Source: Candidatus Krumholzibacteriia bacterium (GTDB lineage Bacteria > Krumholzibacteriota > Krumholzibacteriia > WVZY01). Taken from it: DNA of 50,659 nucleotides. Shown here piece after piece: positions 36,893-46,486 of the stretch. Made by a program: the position numbers and the translations under genes. The stretch spans positions 1-50,659 of the forward strand of contig JBHHVD010000008.1 in the NCBI GenBank assembly GCA_046754105.1. The letters are read 5' to 3'. The notes under the pieces were generated by a model. It was not told the DNA's origin. It saw nothing but the letters and a program-made list of their open reading frames with translations, and made no database searches. How positions within the stretch are numbered: the stretch's first letter is position 1; the number at the start of each line of letters is the position of its first letter.

Positions 36893-38209
36893 TCAGGGAA
36901 CGGCGCTGCCGGCCCTGTCGAGCACGTAGCGAACGAAGCGAGAGCGCAACTGTTCGCTGGCCAGCACCCTGTCGACCGGTGGCAAGGCACAGAGGGCCTG
37001 AACGGCACCGTTGAGGAAGCGACTGCCGCGGCTCGACCCCTGATCGAAAAGGAGGTGTGCGAGGCGGCCACGCTCCAGCGCCATGCGGACGCTGCGCTCG
37101 ATCGCGTTGGCGGGAACGTAGGGGCGCTCCGACCGCCGCTCCAGGGTCATGGCCCCGTTGGTGCGGCAAGCGGCCACGCAGACGCCGCACCCGATGCAAC
37201 GGCTCGTGTCGACCTGGGGGATGAGGTCGTTTTTTCGCTTGGCGCCGACTCGCTGTGGCGCCATCGTGATGGCCGTTACCGGACAGGCCCGCGAGCAACG
37301 CGAGCAGCCCCTGCAGCGATCGAGATCCGGCGCGGCCTGAAAGCCGCTGGGGTTGACCGCGGCCACTCCGAACTCGTTTATTGCCGAGAGCTGGCCGCAG
37401 CAGCAACCACAACAGTTGCAGATGTAAGTCGGCCGGTTCCTGACGTTGTCGGCCAGGTGCACCATGCCGCTCTCCCGCGAAGAGACGAGAATGTCCATGG
37501 CCTCCGCCTTGTCGGCCTCGCGGCCAAACCCGCGGCGGATGACGAACTCGGCCCCCGCGTTGATCGACATGCAGGTATCCATCGGAGCGTCGCAGCGCTT
37601 GCCGTTGTGCTCGGCTTTGTGGCGGCAATAGCAATAGCTCACCGCGAAGGCCTCGGCGTCCTCGATGACGGACGTCGCCCGCTCCCAGTCCAGGACATCG
37701 GGCAAAACCTCGTCGCCGAGGGCGGATTCGTGAACCAGGGTGCGCCCGACCACGGTATCGCCGCCGAAGACCTCCCGGGCGAAGGTGTCATCACCGTGGG
37801 TGTAGGCGTCGAGGGCCTCGGCCATGCGTTTTTTCGGCACTAAGTCCTTCGCACGCATCATCGAGAACTCGAAAAAGCCGACCACCGGGGGCGAGAGCAG
37901 GTAGCGGGACTCGCCCGTATCGGGATCGATCAGGTCCATGACCAGACCCTTGTCGGCCATGGCGTCGAGGCGTGGCAACAGCGCCTCGATGGACATCTCC
38001 ACCCGCGGCGCAATCGCGGCCGCGCCCGCCGGTACGAGCGGAAGCCGCGCCGCCAGCGCAGCTTCTTCCGGCGTGTAGAGAATCTCGAGAATGTCTCGCC
38101 AGCCCGCCCGGGCGCGAGCGTCCGACGGTTCGGGCATGCCCACCGGACCCGCCCCGAGGCGCGTCACCAGCTCACGGTACTCCTGTTTCAGGTGCCCTAG
38201 ATGACCCAT
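36893..38209 (-). CDS. Cys-rich Fe-S protein with C-terminal 2x[4Fe-4S] ferredoxin domain
   Basis: CYCRH, TCM, ICNCCGCCC, CRGCSRCSRACP, CIGCGVCVAAC; GGAGG before ATG 38209. Confidence 0.88.
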   Translation of the reverse strand: MGHLGHLKQEYRELVTRLGAGPVGMPEPSDARARAGWRDILEILYTPEEAALAARLPLVPAGAAAIAPRVEMSIEALLPRLDAMADKGLVMDLIDPDTGESRYLLSPPVVGFFEFSMMRAKDLVPKKRMAEALDAYTHGDDTFAREVFGGDTVVGRTLVHESALGDEVLPDVLDWERATSVIEDAEAFAVSYCYCRHKAEHNGKRCDAPMDTCMSINAGAEFVIRRGFGREADKAEAMDILVSSRESGMVHLADNVRNRPTYICNCCGCCCGQLSAINEFGVAAVNPSGFQAAPDLDRCRGCSRCSRACPVTAITMAPQRVGAKRKNDLIPQVDTSRCIGCGVCVAACRTNGAMTLERRSERPYVPANAIERSVRMALERGRLAHLLFDQGSSRGSRFLNGAVQALCALPPVDRVLASEQLRSRFVRYVLDRAGSAVP

Positions 38210-38305
38210 GCTGCCACCTCCCAGCCATAGAGGCTGCGTAGTTTGGTTCGCGGCCAGCGGCCGACCGCGAACGACCAATAGCGCTCGTTCAACACCCTCC
38301 CCCTC

Positions 38306-39436
38306 TCAGTCGAAGCTCTCTAGGAAGGCCTGAACCCTGGTGCGAAGCTGACCGAGTCCGCCGGCCGTCAGGTAGTCCCGCTCGAGCACGAGAAAGGGAA
38401 CCCCTGGCCCCTGCTTCAACGACTCGCGAAGCATCTTGACCTCACCACCCCAGAGGTCGCAGAATTTGAGCCGCTCGCACACAATGCCGTCAACCTGGTA
38501 TCGATCGACCGCTTCGAGTAGCGCGCCGAGGCGCCGCTCGTAATCGGCGATCATTCGCGGGCAAGAGAGGTGGTCCAACATCCGCCCGGCGATCGCCTCG
38601 AGCGGGTCGCCTTCCTCGTCGGCCATATTGCCAAAGGCCTTCGAGCCCCAACAGAGTTGGTCGGCGACGACCGTCGCCCCCAGTGACTCGATCACCTCGA
38701 GATAGCCTGGATCGTCGAGCGTACCGCCGACGATCATCAGGCGCGGCCCCCGCGGGGAACTGTTGCCATTGCCGGCCTCGAGTTCCTCGATGCGCCGCTC
38801 GAGCAAGGGGTTGAACCTATCCTTGGGCACGCTGGCCGCCGCTACCGACATCGCCAGCACCTCGCTCCCGCTGACTCGCGGCGGATCGGTCGCGCGCAAC
38901 TCGGCAGCCCTCCCGAGCAGGGCGCGGGTACGATTGTAGAGCTTGATCGCAGCGGACAGCCGATCGTCGGTAATCTCCCGCCCGCAGAAGGACTCGAGCC
39001 GGTCCCTGAGATCCCCGAGCTGACCGGTCAGGCGCGCGAGCGCGTCGTCACTGCGAATGTGTGGTACGTCGAGGTAGTAACAAAACGACGCCGCTTGCTT
39101 GGCTACGCAGACATCGAACAGACGGCGGATATGATCGCAGCTGTTGACGATGAGCAGGCCGTTGAGAAAGGCGAGATCGCCGTTCAGGATCCGGTCGAGC
39201 GTGTGGCGGACGAAACCACAGTTGACCGAGCCCAGGTACTGGTCCGCGTAGGAGGTATCTTCGCTGCCAGTGCCGCGCATTCGCACCGGGAGCATCCCCG
39301 CAGCCCAAAAAAGCTCCTCCGGAGCGTGAGCGCAGAAGAACCCGACCACCTGCCCGCCCGAGGCCTTGCAGGCCCTGACGTGCTCGTTTTCGATCGGGCC
39401 GGCCAGAGCCCGAAAGTCGGTCGCCGCTTCCATCAT
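38306..39436 (-). CDS. HAD/class I BCR family subunit (BcrC-like) with six-Cys double-cubane-type pattern
   Basis: GFFCAHAPEE, NCGF, NSCDHIRR, QLCWG, LSCPR, KFCDLW, GQLRTRVQAFLE; clear paralog of 6452-7597; GGAGG before ATG 39436. Confidence 0.9.
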   Translation of the reverse strand: MMEAATDFRALAGPIENEHVRACKASGGQVVGFFCAHAPEELFWAAGMLPVRMRGTGSEDTSYADQYLGSVNCGFVRHTLDRILNGDLAFLNGLLIVNSCDHIRRLFDVCVAKQAASFCYYLDVPHIRSDDALARLTGQLGDLRDRLESFCGREITDDRLSAAIKLYNRTRALLGRAAELRATDPPRVSGSEVLAMSVAAASVPKDRFNPLLERRIEELEAGNGNSSPRGPRLMIVGGTLDDPGYLEVIESLGATVVADQLCWGSKAFGNMADEEGDPLEAIAGRMLDHLSCPRMIADYERRLGALLEAVDRYQVDGIVCERLKFCDLWGGEVKMLRESLKQGPGVPFLVLERDYLTAGGLGQLRTRVQAFLESFD

Positions 39437-39444
39437 CGCCTCCC

Positions 39445-40722
39445 TCACTGCATCACCGTCGAGAAGAACCCGTCGATCTGGCCTCGGATGGAGTCCTGCG
39501 ATCGCACGCGCGAATCGATCCAGTCCAAGTCGAATGCGCAGATCGGAATGCGCTCTTCCCGGCAGACCTCGCGGAGCAGGTTGAGCCAGGCCCACACGTG
39601 CTTGCAGCCCACCGGCCCGGGAAACACCACGCAGTCGGCGCCGAAGTCCTTGTAGTCGCGCAAAAAACGCTCGGTAAGACGGACGGAGTTGACGCGCAGC
39701 CTGCCCATGGTCGCCTCGAGACCGCGCCGAGCCAGCCCCTCCAGCATCGTCTCCATACTGGTCGTATCGATGGGGTCTTCCCTGAAGAAGCTCGAGAGCA
39801 AGTCCAGAACGACTACCGCCCCGAAGTTCTCCGCGAGCCAGTCGTGGATTTCGAGATCGAAGGTAACGGCCACGTAGTTCCACAGTACGCGGTGCTTCTC
39901 CTCCGCCAGGGCACCGCGACCCTCGCGAACCGCCTCGTCCGCGTCGTCACGCAGAAACTCCACGTAACGCCTGCACTCCGGCGAGCCCAGTGAGTTGAGC
40001 ATCGCCATGTAGCAACTAAAAGCCACCGCCCCCGAATGAGGACAGGGCCGGCTGCGCTTGAGCTCGAAAAGCTCGAGAAGCGCTTCGGTGGTGCGGTTGG
40101 ATTCTTCGCATACCGCGCGTAGCCGGTCGGTGTCGAGGCGGGTGCCGGTTTGCTCCTCCAGAAAGCCGATGAGCTTGCGGATTTCGCCAGCGTAGTACGC
40201 GTATGCCTCCGGCGAGTCGTCCACGGGGGCGTCCAGACGGAAGACGGGGCAGTCGGTGAGGCGCTCGAACATCTGGTAACCGATTCGCGAGCTGTCACAG
40301 GGCGCGCTCGCCGTAACGATGAAGTCCGCGCGCGGCATCTCCTCGCGCATCAGGGCCCCGAGCATGAACTTGTCGAGCACGCAGACCTCCGCCGGTAGGC
40401 CCGAATGTTCGGCAGTGTCGACGTAGTTCCAAGACAGCTCGGGGTTTCCCATGCCCATGATCGTCGGATGGACCTCGCCGAGAAAAGGGTGGACGTCCAT
40501 CGCGCGAAAGATCTCAGGGGTGAGACAGAACTCGTACCAGCAGAGCTTCTTGGAGCGCTCGTCGATGACCCGAAAGGTCTCCTCGTAGTGGTCGATGACG
40601 AGATCCATGGCGCCCGCCACCAGACGCCCGTTCGGGACCAAGTCGGCCCGCATCATCTCGAGCATGGGCTTGAACTGAGTCTCCACCTTCTCGCGCATGT
40701 AGTTCATGTTGCGCGTACTCAT
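39445..40722 (-). CDS. HAD/class I BCR family subunit (BcrB/HgdA-like)
   Basis: TPEIF.AMD, EVCV, APCDS, LDTDRLR, DCVVFPGPVGCKH; paralog of 7600-8910. Confidence 0.88.
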   Translation of the reverse strand: MSTRNMNYMREKVETQFKPMLEMMRADLVPNGRLVAGAMDLVIDHYEETFRVIDERSKKLCWYEFCLTPEIFRAMDVHPFLGEVHPTIMGMGNPELSWNYVDTAEHSGLPAEVCVLDKFMLGALMREEMPRADFIVTASAPCDSSRIGYQMFERLTDCPVFRLDAPVDDSPEAYAYYAGEIRKLIGFLEEQTGTRLDTDRLRAVCEESNRTTEALLELFELKRSRPCPHSGAVAFSCYMAMLNSLGSPECRRYVEFLRDDADEAVREGRGALAEEKHRVLWNYVAVTFDLEIHDWLAENFGAVVVLDLLSSFFREDPIDTTSMETMLEGLARRGLEATMGRLRVNSVRLTERFLRDYKDFGADCVVFPGPVGCKHVWAWLNLLREVCREERIPICAFDLDWIDSRVRSQDSIRGQIDGFFSTVMQ

Positions 40723-40992
40723 GGCTGAGCCTCCTTACGGCACGAAAGGAAACCACAACTCCACTGGTAGGACCGCCGCCTGGCGCGATTATGAGACCAG
40801 GGCAGACTAGTCACAATACCCCGTGCTGGCCGATTCGCTCATCCATCCTAGGCCGCGGACCGCGATATTCGCGTTGCGGTGCGGTCCGCTCAGAACCGGG
40901 ACCTCAAGACTCGATCCACTGCGAAACTGGAGGTACCCATAGAGATGTGGCTCCCCATCCCTTCTATGCTGCAGAGCCGTACGAGGTTGAAA

Positions 40993-42786
40993 CTACGGAG
41001 TTTCTCGAGGCTCGTTCACCAGGCCGATCAGGGTGTCGCCGTCCTGGGTCCGCGGCGTTTCGCCACTCGAGAGGATCGACACGTGGCCCTTGCGATCGAT
41101 GATCAGCATCGGCACCGCGGTTTCACCGTAACGTTGCCGATAGGCCTCGAGGTCGAATTCGTCGGTCATCGAAGTACGGCGGATTTCTGCCCCCTCGCCG
41201 ACCATGCTCGCGATCCGCCGATAGCTCGCGTCGTCTCCGAACAAGGTCCGCCCACGCAGGTGCAGCGGAGCGTCGCGCTCGCTACGCGTGGGCCCGCCTT
41301 CCTCGGTGGGCAGCTGATAGACGTTCGCGCTGCCGAATACCTCCGAAAGATGAACGGCGCACAGCGTATTGGTATGGTCGTTCGGTGTGACCGCGAGCAT
41401 ATAGCCGATGCCGTCGAGGTCTGTTTCGTCGGCGAGGTGCTCGGACAAGACGTTGGTGTGCTCGGCGGTGAGCCCCGCCATGCGAGCCTCGCGCACGTAG
41501 CTCCACTGGTCGTCGATGAGAAGCAGCTTGACGCCGCAGTCCTGCAGTACGCGCGCGAGTTCACGATTCCAGGGCCGCGCACCCACCAGCAGTACGCCTT
41601 GAGGATCCAGGTTGGAAACCCCGAGCGCTCGCGCCGCCAGCGGCGCAGCGACCGAATACACCAGGATCGTTCCGACGATGACTATGAAGGTGAGCGGGAT
41701 GAGCGTCGAGCCGTCGATCGAGGGGTGGTAGGCGAGCTGCAGCGCGAACAGCGACGCGACGGCAGCGGCGACGATTCCTCGAGGTGCCAGCGTCATGAGC
41801 ACGAGACGATGGCGCCAGCCCATGGTCGAGCCCGCCGTCGCCACGGCCACGCCCAGCGGTCGCACTACGACGACCAGCCACGCCACGAACAGAGCGCCCG
41901 GACCGGCCAGTGTGCGTAGTTCGCCCAGGTCGAGTCCCGCCGCGAGCACCACGAACAGGCTGGAGATGAGCACTACGCGCAGGTTCTCTTTGAACTCGAG
42001 AATTTCACGCGTCGGCGCGCGCCGTTGGGCCGCCAAGGCCAGGCCCATGACGGTGGCGGCGAGTATGCCCGACTCGTGCGCCGCGGCGTTCGCCGCCAGG
42101 AAGACGCCGGCCACGGCGGCCAAGACCAGCGGGCTGCGCAGGTGATCGGGGACGTAGTAGCGGCCTAGCATCCACGCGAGCAGTGCGGCGGCCGCTATAC
42201 CCAGGATCGCACCGATGCCGGCAGACGCCAGCAGCGCAACCAGCGGGTTGGTGCCGGCAGCGCCGAGCGTGATCGACTCGAAGGTGATGACGGCCAGCAG
42301 CGCACCGATCGGATCGATGAGGATACCCTCCCACTTCAAGACCGACGCCGCCGGTTGCGAGAGCCTCAGCTGGCGCAGCATCGGCAAGATGACGGTCGGT
42401 CCCGTGACGATGAGGATTGCTCCAAACACCAGCGCCAGACCCGACGGCATGCCCAACAGATAGTAAGCGCCGGCGGCGGCCAGCGCCCAGGTTACCGCGG
42501 CGCCGATCGTACACAGCCGCCAGACTACGGCGCCACCGTCGCCCAGCTCGCGGAGTCGCAGGCTGAGACCGCCCTCGAAGAGGATTACCGCGACCGCGAG
42601 CGACACCCCCGGAAGCAAGAGGTCACCGAAGAGCGCGTCCGGATCGATCAGGCCGGTGAGGGGGCCCGTGATCACTCCAGCCGTGAGAAGCAACAAGATG
42701 GCCGGGAGCCGAACGCGCCATGCCAGCCACTGGGCGCCGATACCGGCGCCCAGGATAAGAACGAGACCGACTAGCTCGTCTTCCAC
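40993..42786 (-). CDS. CPA1/NhaP-type cation:proton antiporter with C-terminal TrkA-N-like domain
   Basis: About 12 TM helices, 'VILFEGGL.L', 'VTGPTVI.P', 'LKWEGILIDPIGA', 'APRGIVAA'; Rossmann-like tail. Confidence 0.92.
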   Translation of the reverse strand: MEDELVGLVLILGAGIGAQWLAWRVRLPAILLLLTAGVITGPLTGLIDPDALFGDLLLPGVSLAVAVILFEGGLSLRLRELGDGGAVVWRLCTIGAAVTWALAAAGAYYLLGMPSGLALVFGAILIVTGPTVILPMLRQLRLSQPAASVLKWEGILIDPIGALLAVITFESITLGAAGTNPLVALLASAGIGAILGIAAAALLAWMLGRYYVPDHLRSPLVLAAVAGVFLAANAAAHESGILAATVMGLALAAQRRAPTREILEFKENLRVVLISSLFVVLAAGLDLGELRTLAGPGALFVAWLVVVVRPLGVAVATAGSTMGWRHRLVLMTLAPRGIVAAAVASLFALQLAYHPSIDGSTLIPLTFIVIVGTILVYSVAAPLAARALGVSNLDPQGVLLVGARPWNRELARVLQDCGVKLLLIDDQWSYVREARMAGLTAEHTNVLSEHLADETDLDGIGYMLAVTPNDHTNTLCAVHLSEVFGSANVYQLPTEEGGPTRSERDAPLHLRGRTLFGDDASYRRIASMVGEGAEIRRTSMTDEFDLEAYRQRYGETAVPMLIIDRKGHVSILSSGETPRTQDGDTLIGLVNEPRETP

Positions 42787-42882
42787 TCAGCTAGACCGGC
42801 GTCGGCTCCGAACAGGCGCCGGTAGGTAAAGGCCCGAACACGATGCCCTCTCGGGGCGGCTGATCGAGTCCATAGGCCCGCA

Positions 42883-43329
42883 CTACCGGTCGGGCGGATC
42901 CGAAAGCGCTGAGCCGGTTGCAGGGCCCTGGAGCCGAACCGCTACCGAGCCCTTCGAGTCGCGTATCAAGGAGATTATCTTGTCGGCCGTGCCGTACTTC
43001 GCGGCCATGAGGGCGTGAACGCGATCGCGCGCTTCGGCGGTGCGCACAGCCAGCGCCACGAAGGGCTTGGTATCGCCCGCACGCACGAGCTGGATCGTCG
43101 GGTTGTCGCCGATGTGTTCCAGCCACGGTTCCGTCGGGATGCCCGCTCGCAGCCAGGTTTCTCCGGCGTCGTCTACGATCCACAAGCGGGTGCTCTTGAC
43201 CGAGCCATCAGCGCGCGTACTGCGCACCGTGACGACCTCGCCGCCCAGCTCGGAGAGCGCGAAGATCCCTACGATCAATAGCGCGGCGGCGCAGGCCAGA
43301 GCCATGGCCAAGGTGAGCAGTTTTCTCAT
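42883..43329 (-). CDS. Membrane-anchored split-barrel (DDN/DUF2255 nitroreductase-like) protein
   Basis: N-terminal TM; 'T.LWIVDD.G.TWLRAG...W...I..NP.....', 'V...M.AKYG'. Confidence 0.6.
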   Translation of the reverse strand: MRKLLTLAMALACAAALLIVGIFALSELGGEVVTVRSTRADGSVKSTRLWIVDDAGETWLRAGIPTEPWLEHIGDNPTIQLVRAGDTKPFVALAVRTAEARDRVHALMAAKYGTADKIISLIRDSKGSVAVRLQGPATGSALSDPPDR

Positions 43330-43584
43330 ACTTGCGGGTTCAGCCAGGCGCTACGCTCGCCCGACCGATCGTTACAGTCTAGGTCGTCAATCCGATTGTC
43401 ACAAATTGGACTGATACCTTCGCAGACGGCCCGTGCCTCTCCCCAAGCCGCTACACTCTGTTCCCCGGCGTCATTCCACTCCGCCATCATCGACCACCAA
43501 CCGCGCACCATACAGGCTTTGCCATCCCTCTCCCCTATCTCAGCTTCGGTCGATCCCCAGAGAGCAAGCGAGGCCGGACAGCTT

Positions 43585-45414
43585 TCAGTTGACCGAACAG
43601 CTGAAGGGATTCGCGCCCAGGGTGGCCGCGAGGTCTCCTTCCTCTACCAGATCGACCACGGAATCGGGCGAGATAGCCGCTCCAAGCAGCCAGTCCTTTA
43701 CGAGAACACCGACGCTGTCCAGTCTGGAGAACCGGCTGCTTTGAAGAATCCCGTGAATCGGTTCGGGTATGGCTGGAAGGAAGTAGCGTATTCCCGCGAG
43801 CCCCTGGTTCTGGCAGTAGGCGGCCCTCAAGGCGTTGGTCCAGTCGACAGTGCTGAGAAAGAAGGTAGTGTCGCGCTGAACCTCGTCGACTTGGTTGGTG
43901 ACGTTTAGAAACTGTTGAGCCGGTGTCGCTTTCAAGCGCGGAACACTGGCGGCCTGCAGCGTCGCGTGCAAGATGCACTCCTCGGCAAAACAGTACGGGG
44001 GCAGGTTCGGGCGGACGTCCCACCCGCCGGCATCTCCCGCCGCGAAGGCGATAGGAGCTCCGAAACTCAGCAGCCCCACCGGAAGCCCGTTATCGACGGG
44101 CGCCGCGCTATCGGGGACCGACGCCGTATTGACCCAGCGCAGCTCGTCGAGCACGAAATGGTAGTTGTACTGCACACCGAAGCCGCCCGCGGAAGTCCCG
44201 CCAAAGGCCACGCTGAGCAGATCCGGGCGATATCCGCTTGCTCCCGTGGAATCCATTTCCGCCCATATCACGTCGCGTACGTAACGAAGCGCCGCTCTGG
44301 CATTGATGGCCCCGAAACGATGCACCGTGATGCTGGGGAACACGTTGGTGGTGCCGTTGCCCATGTGCGCATCCTGGGTGCAGTAGGGTAAGAACACGTG
44401 GGTCCAGTCCTTGAAGGGGTTGGCCGCACCCGTTGCCAGCCAACCGGCGTTTGGCATGGTGTCGCCGAGCGCGTCGAAGAACTTGGGAAGCTTGGGCGCG
44501 CAGTCTTCTTCCTGGAAACAGGCGCCACCTCCCTGCAGATGGAACACCACGCGCTCGACCGGCGATCCCTCGGGCGCCAGTCGGATCCAGAACGCGTAGG
44601 GGCTACCATCCCCGCAGCGCGTTCCCCAGGTCGCCTCGTCGAGCACGACCTGAACCGCCGCTGCGCGGGCCGGAACGGGAACGCCCGCGCGGGGACCGCA
44701 GTCCAGCTCCAGAGGAGCGGGGTCAGCGTGTGCCGTCGCAACCAAACAGCGGGCCTGGTGGCCTGCGCGCGCCACGAAACGCGCCGGGGCGACGGCCACG
44801 AGTTCTTCGAGAGCCGCGCAACGCTTGGCAATCTTCGTGCTCGCCCGAGCCTGCGCCTTCGACACCTTCTGCTTGGTAGCGACGCTGTCACAGCTCCGTC
44901 CGCCACGAGCCTTGACGATGCACTTGCTCTGAAGGGAGAAAGACTTCTTCAAGAAGCGCGAGGCCCGTTTGTGTGCATTCTCCAGACAGCTCCGCTCGGG
45001 GGCGGATGCCGACCCGAGCGCCGCGGCCTGTGGCCCGCCGAAAGATGCGGCCGCCATCGTAGCGGTGTTCCCGCTACAGGCCTCCTCGAGCCTCGCCACC
45101 AACGTGGTCGGAGACATGAAGGGACCGAAGCCAGCGGAGGCCACGGTGGGCTGATCCGGACAACGGGCCAGTACCTTGCCCCCGAGCTTGTCGAGAATCC
45201 GCTGGACCTTCTCAGAAGCCTCTGAGCAGGCAGCGCCGGACTCCGCGTAGCAACGACGGCTTTCCTTGGTCAAAGAGCCTATACAACCCTGCAGCGCCCG
45301 AGCCGCGGCTTTCTCACAGACAAGACCAGGGTCGGTCGCCGCCACGGCGTTGCCGCCAACGACCAGCGCCGCGCAAACGGCGGCTGACAAGAATACTCGC
45401 TCCATACGGTCCAT
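43585..45414 (-). CDS. Secreted pectinacetylesterase/Notum-family esterase with N-terminal Cys-stapled helical repeats
   Basis: Signal peptide; 'C.DGSPY.F', 'LQGGGAC', 'NPF.DW..VFLPYCT.D.H.G', 'GTSAGGFG' nucleophile, late His ('IHGIL'). Confidence 0.85.
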   Translation of the reverse strand: MDRMERVFLSAAVCAALVVGGNAVAATDPGLVCEKAAARALQGCIGSLTKESRRCYAESGAACSEASEKVQRILDKLGGKVLARCPDQPTVASAGFGPFMSPTTLVARLEEACSGNTATMAAASFGGPQAAALGSASAPERSCLENAHKRASRFLKKSFSLQSKCIVKARGGRSCDSVATKQKVSKAQARASTKIAKRCAALEELVAVAPARFVARAGHQARCLVATAHADPAPLELDCGPRAGVPVPARAAAVQVVLDEATWGTRCGDGSPYAFWIRLAPEGSPVERVVFHLQGGGACFQEEDCAPKLPKFFDALGDTMPNAGWLATGAANPFKDWTHVFLPYCTQDAHMGNGTTNVFPSITVHRFGAINARAALRYVRDVIWAEMDSTGASGYRPDLLSVAFGGTSAGGFGVQYNYHFVLDELRWVNTASVPDSAAPVDNGLPVGLLSFGAPIAFAAGDAGGWDVRPNLPPYCFAEECILHATLQAASVPRLKATPAQQFLNVTNQVDEVQRDTTFFLSTVDWTNALRAAYCQNQGLAGIRYFLPAIPEPIHGILQSSRFSRLDSVGVLVKDWLLGAAISPDSVVDLVEEGDLAATLGANPFSCSVN

Positions 45415-45856
45415 TCCTCGGGTGTAAAGTGTGTCAGGGGTAGACTCGCGGCAAGCCGACAGACCCCTGCGCAGACGACCTTGCCATATCCGGCGTGGAT
45501 TTATCTAGACGGTTTTTCGGAATTACGCCTTGGCCCCCTCACAAGGGGGTAGCAACGACCGCCACCCTGGCTCTTGGCCCGGTGCGATACTCCTTGTTGC
45601 TAGGCCTCGTCAGGCGCCTCGCGCATCCCATACTGGCGTATCCGCCGGGGCAACCTGCGAATGCGCCGGAGACGGCAGCAGACAAACGATCAGGAATCCG
45701 GATGTGATCGCACGCGTCATTTCCCCAGCCTATACCGGCCATTGCCGGCCTCGCGCAAGCGTTTTCTGCGCGCCGTATCGCGAGCTTACCCTGCTCCGCC
45801 CCTCTCGGGCCAACGCCGTCCAGCCGCAGGCCTCTTGAAGAGAAAACAGGCCAGCT

Positions 45857-46438
45857 CTAGGCACTGAGGATCCGGCGAACGCTGTCGCACATGGCCTTTC
45901 GCAGACCCTCGGAGTCGGCAAACGCCTTTCGGTCCAGGAATACCTGGATCAAGACGCCATCCAGGAGGCCGACTACCATGGCGGCAGCGGCGTCGGGCGC
46001 CAGCGTGGCAGAGATTTCACGGGACTCCTGACCTTCGCGAATAGCAGACGCGAGCCGATCGCGGATGCGGCGCACGGCTTGGCGCACGCGCCTCGGCTCA
46101 TTCGCCCAGAGCTGCAAGATCAGCTTGCCGGTACTTCCCCAGTAGCTGAACAGGGCCGCTACGTCGGCCGTCACGCTCTCGATACGTTGGAGCGGGCTAC
46201 CCTCGCCTTCCAGCGCACGTGCGAAAAGCGCTTCTTCCTCCGCCAGCAACTCCTCTGCCAAGTCACGGATCAGCGCGTCCTTGTCGGCGTAGTAGTGGTA
46301 CAGGTTCGTGCGGTGCATACGCGCCGCTCGCGCCACGTGTGCGAGGCCGGTACTGACGAAACCGCGTTCGGCGAAGACCCGTCGGGCAGCATCGCGAATT
46401 CGCCGCCGCTGCTCGGCTTCGTCAACTATCTTAGGCAT
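45857..46438 (-). CDS. TetR/AcrR family regulator
   Basis: MPKIVD...RR.I..AA..VFAE.GF..T....VA.AA......LYHYY.DK. Confidence 0.92.
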   Translation of the reverse strand: MPKIVDEAEQRRRIRDAARRVFAERGFVSTGLAHVARAARMHRTNLYHYYADKDALIRDLAEELLAEEEALFARALEGEGSPLQRIESVTADVAALFSYWGSTGKLILQLWANEPRRVRQAVRRIRDRLASAIREGQESREISATLAPDAAAAMVVGLLDGVLIQVFLDRKAFADSEGLRKAMCDSVRRILSA

Positions 46439-46486
46439 TCCGTCGTTCCCGCCGCCGCGAAGTGTCGTTGGGAAGCGTCAGACCCC

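Noticed and set aside
45415..45856. Possible ncRNA or riboswitch in the 440-bp intergenic region
   Set aside because: Only short generic hairpins were seen, with no recognisable conserved RNA motif.
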